This document shows, piece by piece, positions 39,944 through 47,403 of a DNA stretch of 47,403 nucleotides. The stretch is from a virus. The first letter of the stretch is position 1; every line of letters starts with the position of its first letter. The position numbers and the translations under genes are program-made. Under the pieces are notes generated by a model. It did not search any database. It saw nothing but the letters and a program-made list of their open reading frames with translations, and was not told the DNA's origin. The DNA lies in IMG/VR virus record IMGVR_UViG_3300028840_003320. One strand, given 5' to 3'.

Positions 39944-42663
39944 TCTGTCAACCTCCTAAAGAAATTGGTCAGCGTCTGCTCGACCTGGCGCGCAATGTCT
40001 GTAGGGCTCTGGCCCGGAGCGGCATAGATAGGCATAGAGAACGCGCCCGATTGGATCGTCACAGAGCGCCCGCCACCCGCCACCGCGCCTACAAGCTGAC
40101 CTTGGGTAAAGCTGCCCCCAAGAGCGCCGCGCAAGAGAGAGGTCGTTTCAGCACTCAGCACGTACTCAGGCCGCGAACGGCTGCCGTGGAGCATCGCCGC
40201 CCCGGTGCCGTAGACCGGCCCACCGGCCTGCCGCGTGAGCATCGGTGTGCCTGTCCCTGTAGCCGTCTCTGTTGTTGACAGTGTTGACATTCTGGCATTC
40301 CAGGCATCCCAGTACTGATCGAAGAGCGCCAGGGATTCATTCTGCCGCCGCTCTTGTAGCGTGGTCCATGCCTGGTTGTAGACGCCCATATCATCCAGAC
40401 GCTTGAGCAAGCCTTGCCAGGCCGTTCTTCGTTCCTCAAGCGCGCCGCGCCTAATCTGCTCCAGACGCTCTCGTTGCGCATCTGCCATCTCATCCAACTG
40501 CGCTTTGTGGTCCTCTTGCATCCGCTTCAGGCGAATCGCGCGATCTTCGTCCTCGAGTTCTTGCTGCTCGGCAAGCGCCTCTTGCATGTCCTGGATACGC
40601 TGGGCATCGGCGGCCCGTGCGGCCTGCACCCGTTCCCGGTGCGCTGCGCGCTCCTGGTCAATGCGCTCTTGGAGGTTCTCACGCTCGGCTTCAACCCTGC
40701 GCTGCAGGTCCGTCTCAGCTTCGCTAATCTGGCCCTGAAAACGCCGCTGTTCCTCTGCCACTGCGCGCGCGTCTAGCATAGCCGCGGCTTCCATAAGCCG
40801 GACCTGGTGATCCCTGCGCATCCGCTCTAGATTGCGCTGGCCCTCTTCCTCGATCTCTGCAATGCGCCTGTTGCCCTCGGCACGGATGTCTGCGATCCGG
40901 GCGTTAAGGTCTCGCTGCCACTGCCGTTCACGCTCGGCGGCGCTCTCTCGAATCTCGGCAATACTCGCGGCCAATTGCGCCGCCTGCCGCGCGCGCTGGC
41001 GTGCAAAGTCCTCGGCCTCACGGGCAATGGTCTGCTCATAGGAGCGGATTATGTCAGCACGCTGCTGCTCATATTGCGCGGTGGTCGACAATCGCTGCTC
41101 GTTGGCACTGCGCTCGATCTCCTGGACCTGCTCGGCCCAGTCTGCAATGGCTTCTTCCTGCTCGCTCGTGAAGCGTCCTCCTCTGGCCGCTGCTTGCCCA
41201 GCATCGCGCGCGCCGGCTACCAAATCCTGCGCGGCCTGAGGCAAGACGCCCAGGAAACGCCCTAGACCCATGAGAAACTCGGCGCGTTTCTGATCGATGC
41301 CCTCGGCACTGTTGGCCAGCGTATCGGCCAACTTACGCGCGCCGTCTGCACTTTGCTGTGCCGCTTCGCTCCATTCGCGCATCTGTCCAAGCGCGCCGAT
41401 GTCCGGCCCTGGGATCAGATCGAGGATCCGCTGCACGAACATAGCCAGCGCATCGGCCACGTTGGCAAAGCCGTTGAGCAGCCACGCCGCTCCCTGAGCC
41501 AACACCTTGGCCATCTCCGCACCGAACTTGGAAAGCGCGCTTTGGACGATAAAGATCAATTGGCGAAAGGCCATCCACGCATCGCGGATCGTCGCATTGG
41601 CCAGCTGCTCATTGCCCGTTGCACGCCCGATGCCACGAGCTACACCGACGCCAATACGGGCACCTGTGAATGCTGCACCACCTAAAACAGCAGCGCCACC
41701 CAACATCGGCCCTAATGTCGCATACGCTTTCAGCTTTTGTATTCTGATCAGTGATGTGATGATCTGATTCAGAAACAATAATGTGGGTGCACCTACAGCT
41801 GCAATACTAGCCAGCGCGGCTCCAATGGTTGCTACGCCTGGGGCTTCCTCACGCAACCGAGAAAGCCAAGTTGCAGTCCTTTGGAGGAGAGGCGTCAAGA
41901 TGTCCAGGATCGGTTCAAAGCCTTCGGCCAAGAGCTGCACCGCCGCGTCTTTGGCCGCTCGGAAGGAAGCGTTAAACGTGCGGCCCATCTCCTCAGCAGT
42001 TTTCTGCGTGATGCCCATCCGGGTCAACACCATATCCAGCGCTGCTGCAAAGTCGCCGCCAGTCTGCTCTAACGCCTCTCGCAGTTGCACACGGGAGATA
42101 TTGAAGCGCTCGGTCAAGGAGATCAGGTCAGTGCCCCCAGAGGTCAGCGCTTCATTGATCGCAAACGCCGCCCCGGTGATGCCTTCTTGCTGATTGAGCA
42201 CCGCCACGCGCCGGGTGAGATCGAGCCACTTTCCAAGCTCCTCAGTGTTGCCCTCCATCGTGGGCAAGAGCTGCTTTGACGCCGCTAGGAGATCGGCAAA
42301 GGGCAGTCCGGCCTCTCCTGCTCGCTCTCGCAACTCCTCAGAGAGCTTGGTTGCCGCTTCCAGGCTGCCCGTCATGCCCACAAGTTGGACCTGCGCCTCT
42401 TCGAACGATGCCGCGGCCCGGATGCCCATCGCAGAGATGATGCCGCCGACCACGCCCAGCGCGGTCAACTCCTGGTTGACTTTTTTGATTTCCTCACGAA
42501 ACGTTTTGGTATTTCTCTCCAGGTTGTCAAAAGAGCGCTTAATTGTCTGCCCAACACGGCGCATCGTCAGTTGGGCGCGTTCCGCTCCGCTGGTATCAAT
42601 TGTGATCGAGCCGTGGGCATTGCCAAGACGCTGCCCACCAAAGAGCCCTCCAAAGAGAGGCAT
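39940..42663 (-). CDS. Tape measure protein
   Basis: 907 aa, with Ala/Gly-rich hydrophobic segments and long Arg/Glu/Gln coiled coils. It lies downstream of the chaperone pair. Confidence 0.88.
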   Translation of the reverse strand: MPLFGGLFGGQRLGNAHGSITIDTSGAERAQLTMRRVGQTIKRSFDNLERNTKTFREEIKKVNQELTALGVVGGIISAMGIRAAASFEEAQVQLVGMTGSLEAATKLSEELRERAGEAGLPFADLLAASKQLLPTMEGNTEELGKWLDLTRRVAVLNQQEGITGAAFAINEALTSGGTDLISLTERFNISRVQLREALEQTGGDFAAALDMVLTRMGITQKTAEEMGRTFNASFRAAKDAAVQLLAEGFEPILDILTPLLQRTATWLSRLREEAPGVATIGAALASIAAVGAPTLLFLNQIITSLIRIQKLKAYATLGPMLGGAAVLGGAAFTGARIGVGVARGIGRATGNEQLANATIRDAWMAFRQLIFIVQSALSKFGAEMAKVLAQGAAWLLNGFANVADALAMFVQRILDLIPGPDIGALGQMREWSEAAQQSADGARKLADTLANSAEGIDQKRAEFLMGLGRFLGVLPQAAQDLVAGARDAGQAAARGGRFTSEQEEAIADWAEQVQEIERSANEQRLSTTAQYEQQRADIIRSYEQTIAREAEDFARQRARQAAQLAASIAEIRESAAERERQWQRDLNARIADIRAEGNRRIAEIEEEGQRNLERMRRDHQVRLMEAAAMLDARAVAEEQRRFQGQISEAETDLQRRVEAERENLQERIDQERAAHRERVQAARAADAQRIQDMQEALAEQQELEDEDRAIRLKRMQEDHKAQLDEMADAQRERLEQIRRGALEERRTAWQGLLKRLDDMGVYNQAWTTLQERRQNESLALFDQYWDAWNARMSTLSTTETATGTGTPMLTRQAGGPVYGTGAAMLHGSRSRPEYVLSAETTSLLRGALGGSFTQGQLVGAVAGGGRSVTIQSGAFSMPIYAAPGQSPTDIARQVEQTLTNFFRRLTE

Positions 42664-42664
42664 T

Positions 42665-43021
42665 TTATTCTACCTTGTGAAGTTTCACCCCGCGCACACT
42701 GCCCGCAAGCGCCTTGAGCGCGCCCAACCCATCCTCTTGCTTTTGTGCTTCTGAAAGAGGCAAACGAAAGTCAGCATCCAACAACTGGTCCATCGTGTAC
42801 TTTGGCTCCAGGCGCCGATCTTTGTCCGATCCGATCCACTCCGTCTCTTGCACGGCGGCCTCGATTGTGTTGCCGAGAAAGACTACAGCGCTATCGAACT
42901 GGTATGCTGCCCAGGAGTCAGCTATCTGGACTAGGTTGCTCGGTCTCTGCCCCATCGCCGTCGCCGTCCGGTACAGGCTCCACACTTGCCGCTTGTCGTT
43001 CAAGAAATCGGCGCAGTTCAT
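42665..43021 (-). CDS. Tail assembly chaperone, downstream frame (probably expressed as a frameshift extension of 42918..43412)
   Basis: It overlaps the upstream ORF by 104 nt in the +1 frame. There is no SD before its ATG, and a T6 run lies in the overlap. Confidence 0.55.
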   Translation of the reverse strand: MNCADFLNDKRQVWSLYRTATAMGQRPSNLVQIADSWAAYQFDSAVVFLGNTIEAAVQETEWIGSDKDRRLEPKYTMDQLLDADFRLPLSEAQKQEDGLGALKALAGSVRGVKLHKVE

Positions 43022-43412
43022 TCGCTGGCAACACTGCCAACGAAAAAACTGTACCCCGATCTGCCAACTCGACGTCGGCTATGGAGATTTCATCGTCTGC
43101 TTGTGGCTCGGCTACGATGCGCGGCTCAAGAAACGCCGCCGTCACCACCGCATCAATGAGTACCAGCATCTCGGTAGATTGCTCGGTAAGCTTTTCAGCA
43201 CTAAGCAAACTGTCCAGCTCGTCTGTATCCACGCCCTGATAGACCATCTTGGCTACAAACGGCGTCAAGAGGTCCGGGATCTCTCCCTGGCGCAAGAGCA
43301 CATCGAGTGCCACCGGGCGGATGCGCACCACGTTCCCAGAGGGGAGGTCAAGCAAAAATCCCTCCTCTCTGGGTTTGCGCCAGTCAGTCCCTTTGGTCGG
43401 TTGATCGGCCAT
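42918..43412 (-). CDS. Tail assembly chaperone (G-like)
   Basis: 164 aa, acidic, located between the major tail and tape measure genes. Confidence 0.65.
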   Translation of the reverse strand: MADQPTKGTDWRKPREEGFLLDLPSGNVVRIRPVALDVLLRQGEIPDLLTPFVAKMVYQGVDTDELDSLLSAEKLTEQSTEMLVLIDAVVTAAFLEPRIVAEPQADDEISIADVELADRGTVFSLAVLPANELRRFLERQAASVEPVPDGDGDGAETEQPSPDS

Positions 43413-43966
43413 TAGGTGATGTTGGTCGGCGGGATCGCCACATCCGCAGCGGTCGCGTGCTCGATCACGTTGATCAGCCCATAGGTTGCGTCGTCGACGA
43501 TCTGAATCGTTGCCTCGGGGATGGCAAACTGCCCATACTCAAGTTGCGCGATCGTCAGGTTACCCATCAGCTTGCACTTGGGGATAAAGACGTGTGTATC
43601 CCCAGACCCTTCCTCAGCCAGCGCCTTGCCACAGATGCCGATGTAGGGCATGTTGTCGCCACCGCTCACCTTGAAGTGATCTTGTGCGCTGCCGCTTGCG
43701 GTCGAGGTGTTGCCCAGGATGATTTCAAGCGCGGCGATCGAGATCGAGCCAAAGCGCACGCGCACCTCACCGCCAACCGCACGCGAGGCTGAGGCCGTGA
43801 TCGAGTCGTCACCTTCCAACTGCGCGCTGACGGTTGCCAGCGTGGTGCCCATAAGCTGCACGCTGGGGATGTCTACTTCGGTGCCATACGTATCGGTAGC
43901 AGTCCAGGTGGCTACCTTCACATCGTTGAGGCCAAATTGTGGCGCACCATAACTATCGAATGCCAT
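43412..43966 (-). CDS. Major tail (tube) protein
   Basis: 184 aa. The call rests on its position upstream of the chaperones and on size and composition. Confidence 0.6.
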   Translation of the reverse strand: MAFDSYGAPQFGLNDVKVATWTATDTYGTEVDIPSVQLMGTTLATVSAQLEGDDSITASASRAVGGEVRVRFGSISIAALEIILGNTSTASGSAQDHFKVSGGDNMPYIGICGKALAEEGSGDTHVFIPKCKLMGNLTIAQLEYGQFAIPEATIQIVDDATYGLINVIEHATAADVAIPPTNIT

Positions 43967-43990
43967 TTGTCTAACTCCTCTAGTTCTTTT

Positions 43991-44464
43991 TTATGCTGAT
44001 TTCTTGGTCACGACCTGATATACCGAGCGCTCTACGCTGGCATCCAGATCGGTATCACGAGCCTGGCGCACGTCGCCAGCCCAGAGGCACATGAACGTGC
44101 CTGACAATTGAACGGCGTGCAGCAACACCCAAACACGATCACGCATGATCTCGATATTGCTGTAGCCGTCATCCTCATAAAACCACGCTTCGAGCATCTC
44201 TGTAGTGCTCTGGTAGCGCGCGCCTTCATCCACGAGAGATTGATCCGGTTCTGAGCTGCGCGACTTGAGCAGCACACACGGCTTGATGATCTCGTTGCTG
44301 TCAAACGCGGCCGATGTCGTGGTGCGATTGATACCCAGGTGCCCGGTTTCGTCATAGTCCCAAACACCGCCCGTTGCCGTCGCCAGCAAGGTAGCATCTG
44401 CTTCCAAAAGCGCTTTAGCTGCTGATAGCGCACTCAACTGAGCATCCTCACAATCTCGCTCCAC
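43991..44464 (-). CDS. Tail terminator / tail completion protein (DUF3168-like position)
   Basis: 157 aa, between the gp10-like and major tail genes. Confidence 0.45.
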   Translation of the reverse strand: MERDCEDAQLSALSAAKALLEADATLLATATGGVWDYDETGHLGINRTTTSAAFDSNEIIKPCVLLKSRSSEPDQSLVDEGARYQSTTEMLEAWFYEDDGYSNIEIMRDRVWVLLHAVQLSGTFMCLWAGDVRQARDTDLDASVERSVYQVVTKKSA

Positions 44465-44796
44465 AAGAGCGGCGCGAAATGGTCCAGCGCTGGATCGATG
44501 ATCGCATAGCGCCCGGCGTTGTTCAGTTCCAGATACACGCCATACTCTACACCGTGAGAGAGCACCAATTCGACCATACTCTGTACCACCTGGTTGACCT
44601 CTGTGTAGAGCGATTGCCGCGCATTGGCTGTGCGATCTGTCCAGGGCGCATTGGCTTTCATCCAGTTTTCGATCTCAGGTGCATAGCGCTGTACGATCCG
44701 ATGCACACCCCGATGGATGGCCGCCACGTATGCCTCGGTCAATTCGCTTAGTGCCTGCTCTGGTGGGCGCTCCCAGCGGAAGCCAGTTTGCGGCAT
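44434..44796 (-). CDS. HK97 gp10-like neck/tail component
   Basis: MKANAPWTDRTANARQSLYTEV...HGVEYGVYLELNN resembles the HK97-gp10 family. Confidence 0.55.
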   Translation of the reverse strand: MPQTGFRWERPPEQALSELTEAYVAAIHRGVHRIVQRYAPEIENWMKANAPWTDRTANARQSLYTEVNQVVQSMVELVLSHGVEYGVYLELNNAGRYAIIDPALDHFAPLLWSEIVRMLS

Positions 44797-45170
44797 TAGC
44801 TGCGCACCTTGGCAAATGCCTGGAGGCTGTCTGTCAATCCAGGCAAAAGCCCCACGACCTCATAGCCCACACCAGAGACGGCAAAGCGATCACCAGTTTG
44901 GAGACTGGTGTCTGTGATCGTCGGATGGCCCTTGTAGCCCAGGATCAACGTATCTGCGATCGCGGTTTGCCCGCCTTCGGTCTGTACCTCTCGCGGCCGG
45001 CCCATGTCCTCGATGCGCACCGTTTGCGCGCTTTGCGCCACGCCAGAGCGGATCACCGTGATCGAGGTGCTCTTGTCGGCGATCAGCCGCGCAGTATCCA
45101 CGCCACGATCCACATCGATCCAGTCTGAAAGCGCAAAGCTGTTGCCCGTCCAGGAGTCGATCTTAGGCAT
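44796..45170 (-). CDS. Head-closure / head-tail joining protein
   Basis: The likely start MPKIDSW (45170) overlaps the upstream stop; the track ORF extends to 45215. Small beta-rich protein at the canonical position. Confidence 0.5.
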   Translation of the reverse strand: MPKIDSWTGNSFALSDWIDVDRGVDTARLIADKSTSITVIRSGVAQSAQTVRIEDMGRPREVQTEGGQTAIADTLILGYKGHPTITDTSLQTGDRFAVSGVGYEVVGLLPGLTDSLQAFAKVRS

Positions 45171-45504
45171 CGGGCGCATCCTTGTTGCGCGGCGGCACTT
45201 CGAGCAGGCCGACAATCTGTACCTGGTTGGTGGCTACGCGCGCCTCGTCTTTCCAGAAGCTCACCATATCCTTGATGTGATCAAAGACTTGGCTCTTTTC
45301 CTCTCGCGTCTGCCCGGCTGTGTAGTTGTTGAACTTGGCTGCATCGGCCATGAGTTGCCGCCAGCCCAGATAAACCGCGCCGTTGTAGTCCGAGTCTGCG
45401 CGCGCATAGAGCCGATCTAGTTCGTCGTTGGTGAAAACGGCCTCATCTGAACCGATGCCCAGGTCGCCTTGTATGTCTGTCCGTTGTGTGGAGGTCAGAG
45501 CCAT
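45163..45504 (-). CDS. Head-tail adaptor/connector protein
   Basis: 113 aa and helical. It is the first non-GT gene after the capsid gene. Confidence 0.45.
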   Translation of the reverse strand: MALTSTQRTDIQGDLGIGSDEAVFTNDELDRLYARADSDYNGAVYLGWRQLMADAAKFNNYTAGQTREEKSQVFDHIKDMVSFWKDEARVATNQVQIVGLLEVPPRNKDAPDA

Positions 45505-45505
45505 C

Positions 45506-46534
45506 TTAGCCCCACTTTCCTATCAGGTCGAGCAGCGCCCGCGTGCTATGCTCCCAAGTTTGGTTGGCGCGCAGCCACTGGGCACCCTGCACCGCCTTGA
45601 TTTGGGCCTCTCTTGGATGATCGTAGCACCAGCGCATGGCCTCTGCCACGGCGCTCACATCCACCTGTGCCCACTTGCCTTGAACGTGTTCGGCGTAGCC
45701 CTTTGGAATCTCAGCCAGCTCCCAATCATCCAGGACGATGGTTGCCCAATCGTCTGTATGGCCATCGTCGAGGCCGCTGTAGCGCGTGACGATCGTTGGA
45801 ATGCCCATCATGGTCGCTTCCCGGTGCGGCATCCCCCAACCTTCACTCTTGGAGGGAATGGCGAAACAGTCTACTTGGCTGTACACGTCGGCCATCGTAT
45901 CGGCATTGTCCATCCAGAACGAAATGCGGGGATCCCGATTAGACGCGCCACTGATCATCTCGATCAGGCTGTTCGTATGTGGGCGCGTCTTGATCACGAG
46001 CCGCACATTGTCCACACCCTGGAAAGCGGCGAAAAAGGCTTGCCAAACTTCCACCCATCCCTTGCGCGCCCCACGGTCGGCAAGAGCCAGAAATGTATAC
46101 GGGTTCGACGGCGGTGATGTAAGCAGGGGAAACTCGACCGGGCACGTCCCACCTGGCATGATGTGAATGGGCACCTTGACGCCGCTCTTTTCAAATGCCT
46201 CGGCATTGTGCTCGCACGGTACGATGATACGCTCGCAGCGCTCATTGCACGCATCGGCCCAGCCATCGGGTAGCTTGGTGCCCTCTGTCATCGTGATGCC
46301 CCACTGCCGCCCCGGCAGCGCCGGGAACATGTAGGGGGGCATACAGGATAGAGTCAAGTGTCCCCAGTCGAGACCCGCCAACCGCTGCATCCAACCTGGC
46401 AGCCAATGGATCTGTTGTAGGATCATAGGCTGCACCCTCACGCCAAAGTAACCAAGCCAGCGCGTGAGAGCTTGCCCATAGCGCCCGTATCCATCGTACT
46501 TGTCAAACGAGTAGGCTGCCAAGTTGAGATGCAT
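45506..46534 (-). CDS. GT-B fold glycosyltransferase (family 1/4-like)
   Basis: The EX7E-type motif IPSKSEGWGMPHREATMMGIPTIV is typical of GT4 retaining glycosyltransferases. 342 aa, wedged between the capsid and connector genes. Confidence 0.75.
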   Translation of the reverse strand: MHLNLAAYSFDKYDGYGRYGQALTRWLGYFGVRVQPMILQQIHWLPGWMQRLAGLDWGHLTLSCMPPYMFPALPGRQWGITMTEGTKLPDGWADACNERCERIIVPCEHNAEAFEKSGVKVPIHIMPGGTCPVEFPLLTSPPSNPYTFLALADRGARKGWVEVWQAFFAAFQGVDNVRLVIKTRPHTNSLIEMISGASNRDPRISFWMDNADTMADVYSQVDCFAIPSKSEGWGMPHREATMMGIPTIVTRYSGLDDGHTDDWATIVLDDWELAEIPKGYAEHVQGKWAQVDVSAVAEAMRWCYDHPREAQIKAVQGAQWLRANQTWEHSTRALLDLIGKWG

Positions 46535-46569
46535 TGTTGTCAGATTCCTGTAAGGTGATTGTCAGTTTA

Positions 46570-47403
46570 CTAGCTGATGGTCGGGTTGGTCCAGGAGCCA
46601 CTAGCATCCAGGAAAGCCGCTACACCATTGGTGCGGTCCATCCCGACGCCGACGCCAAACTCGATCACGACGTCGAGCTTCTTGATCGGGTAGTCATCAT
46701 CCAGCGTGGTCTCGGGCAGGATGTACGCACCAAAACCGACGTCAGGATGCACGCGCACGGCAAGGCCATTTCGTGTATCCAACTGCCCATAGCTCTTGGT
46801 CAGACCCGCGTAATACTGCGGGATCCGGTTGGAAAAGCGCACTTCGACCAATCCATACTGGCCCTGGTAGTAACCCAGGAGGCCGAAAGGCCGCTGGCCC
46901 ACGGCGAAGAACTGGTTGCCACTGGTCGCGCCGGCGCGATCGATCATGTTGATCACTGGATCGACCACCTCGACGAAATCGGTCAGGGCCATGTAGTTGC
47001 TGATATTGGTCTTGCTCACCAGCGCGGTGTAGGGGGCCATGTGCCCGTGCTCGGATAGCGTTTCGGCCATCTGGTCTAGCACATCCCCATAGCCGTAGGT
47101 GTCCGAGTCGACGCCCAGGTAGTGGTCGTGGCTCGTGGTGAACGATTCGCCGTCGTAGGCAACTGGTGCATAGTCCACATTGCCGCCCGTGCCACGGACA
47201 AACGGTACATCATAGCCGCCACTGCCGATGCTGTTCTCGGTGTTAGTAAACCATCGGGTAAGCAGGCGCTTTTCCAAGCGCTCACGCCCCTGGCGCACCA
47301 GGGTGGCAATGGATGCCTGGATCTTGGCGCTGCGTGCGTCTCTCAGATAGAACTTCGAGCCGCCGATCGCACGCCCGTAGTGCTTGAAGTCGATCATGTG
47401 TCC
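46570..47403 (-). CDS. Major capsid protein, C-terminal part (continues from 1..435 across the circular junction)
   Basis: The track ORF 46570..47397 begins at an internal Met. The reading frame remains open to the window end, and 47260-47403 duplicates 1-144. Confidence 0.8.
   Translation of the reverse strand, partial: GHMIDFKHYGRAIGGSKFYLRDARSAKIQASIATLVRQGRERLEKRLLTRWFTNTENSIGSGGYDVPFVRGTGGNVDYAPVAYDGESFTTSHDHYLGVDSDTYGYGDVLDQMAETLSEHGHMAPYTALVSKTNISNYMALTDFVEVVDPVINMIDRAGATSGNQFFAVGQRPFGLLGYYQGQYGLVEVRFSNRIPQYYAGLTKSYGQLDTRNGLAVRVHPDVGFGAYILPETTLDDDYPIKKLDVVIEFGVGVGMDRTNGVAAFLDASGSWTNPTIS
47260..47403. repeat. Terminal overlap, copy 2 (identical to 1-144)
   Basis: Read directly: exact 144-nt identity. 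Confidence 0.95.

Noticed and set aside
43020-43081. Canonical -1 frameshift between the tail chaperone ORFs
   Set aside because: The -1 frame is closed by a TGA (43022-43020) right after the T-run. Only the +1 frame, reachable by a +1 or -2 shift, continues into the downstream ORF.

Overview
The window is a complete, circularly closed genome of a temperate siphovirus-like tailed phage. Bases 1-144 are identical to 47260-47403, so the unique length is 47,259 bp, and the junction falls inside the major capsid gene. Almost all genes are on the minus strand. The exception is a plus-strand lysogeny module at 32.8-35.1 kb: XRE-type repressor, membrane SH3 protein, a tRNA 3'-fragment that is the likely attP, and a tyrosine integrase. 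In transcription order on the minus strand the blocks are as follows. (1) Early genes at 32.6-25.5 kb: RHH protein, RecT, Cas4-like exonuclease, ERCC4/XPF nuclease, J-domain protein, vWA protein. (2) tRNA-Thr(UGU), a PAPS-reductase-like protein and a prim-pol/D5-type primase-helicase at 25.5-22.3 kb. (3) A block rich in membrane proteins and small proteins, plus a Dam methylase, at 21.6-16.4 kb. (4) A lysis cassette at 16.3-14.8 kb. (5) The structural genes: terS, terL, portal, Mu-F-like head protein, protease/scaffold, decoration protein and capsid, wrapping across the junction into connector, tail, tape measure and tail fibre genes at 46.5-35.1 kb. The most unusual content is a cassette of about 6 kb (2124-8186) encoding nucleotide-sugar and glycosyltransfer enzymes. 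It sits inside the head-assembly operon, and a further GT-B glycosyltransferase lies directly after the capsid gene, so I propose a virion glycosylation system. The second item is a pair of paralogous 55-nt noncoding cores (21686-21740 and 22225-22279). Each is clamped between symmetric arrays of a different short repeat (TAGACAG versus GGTACC), next to the primase-helicase gene. Other notable items are a split DnaJ (J-domain protein plus a separate CxxCxGxG zinc-finger protein), a free-standing NrdD-type glycyl-radical mini-protein, a probable +1/-2 tail-chaperone frameshift, and a BNR/Asp-box propeller in the large tail protein. All functional calls come from motifs I recognised by eye. No database search was run.
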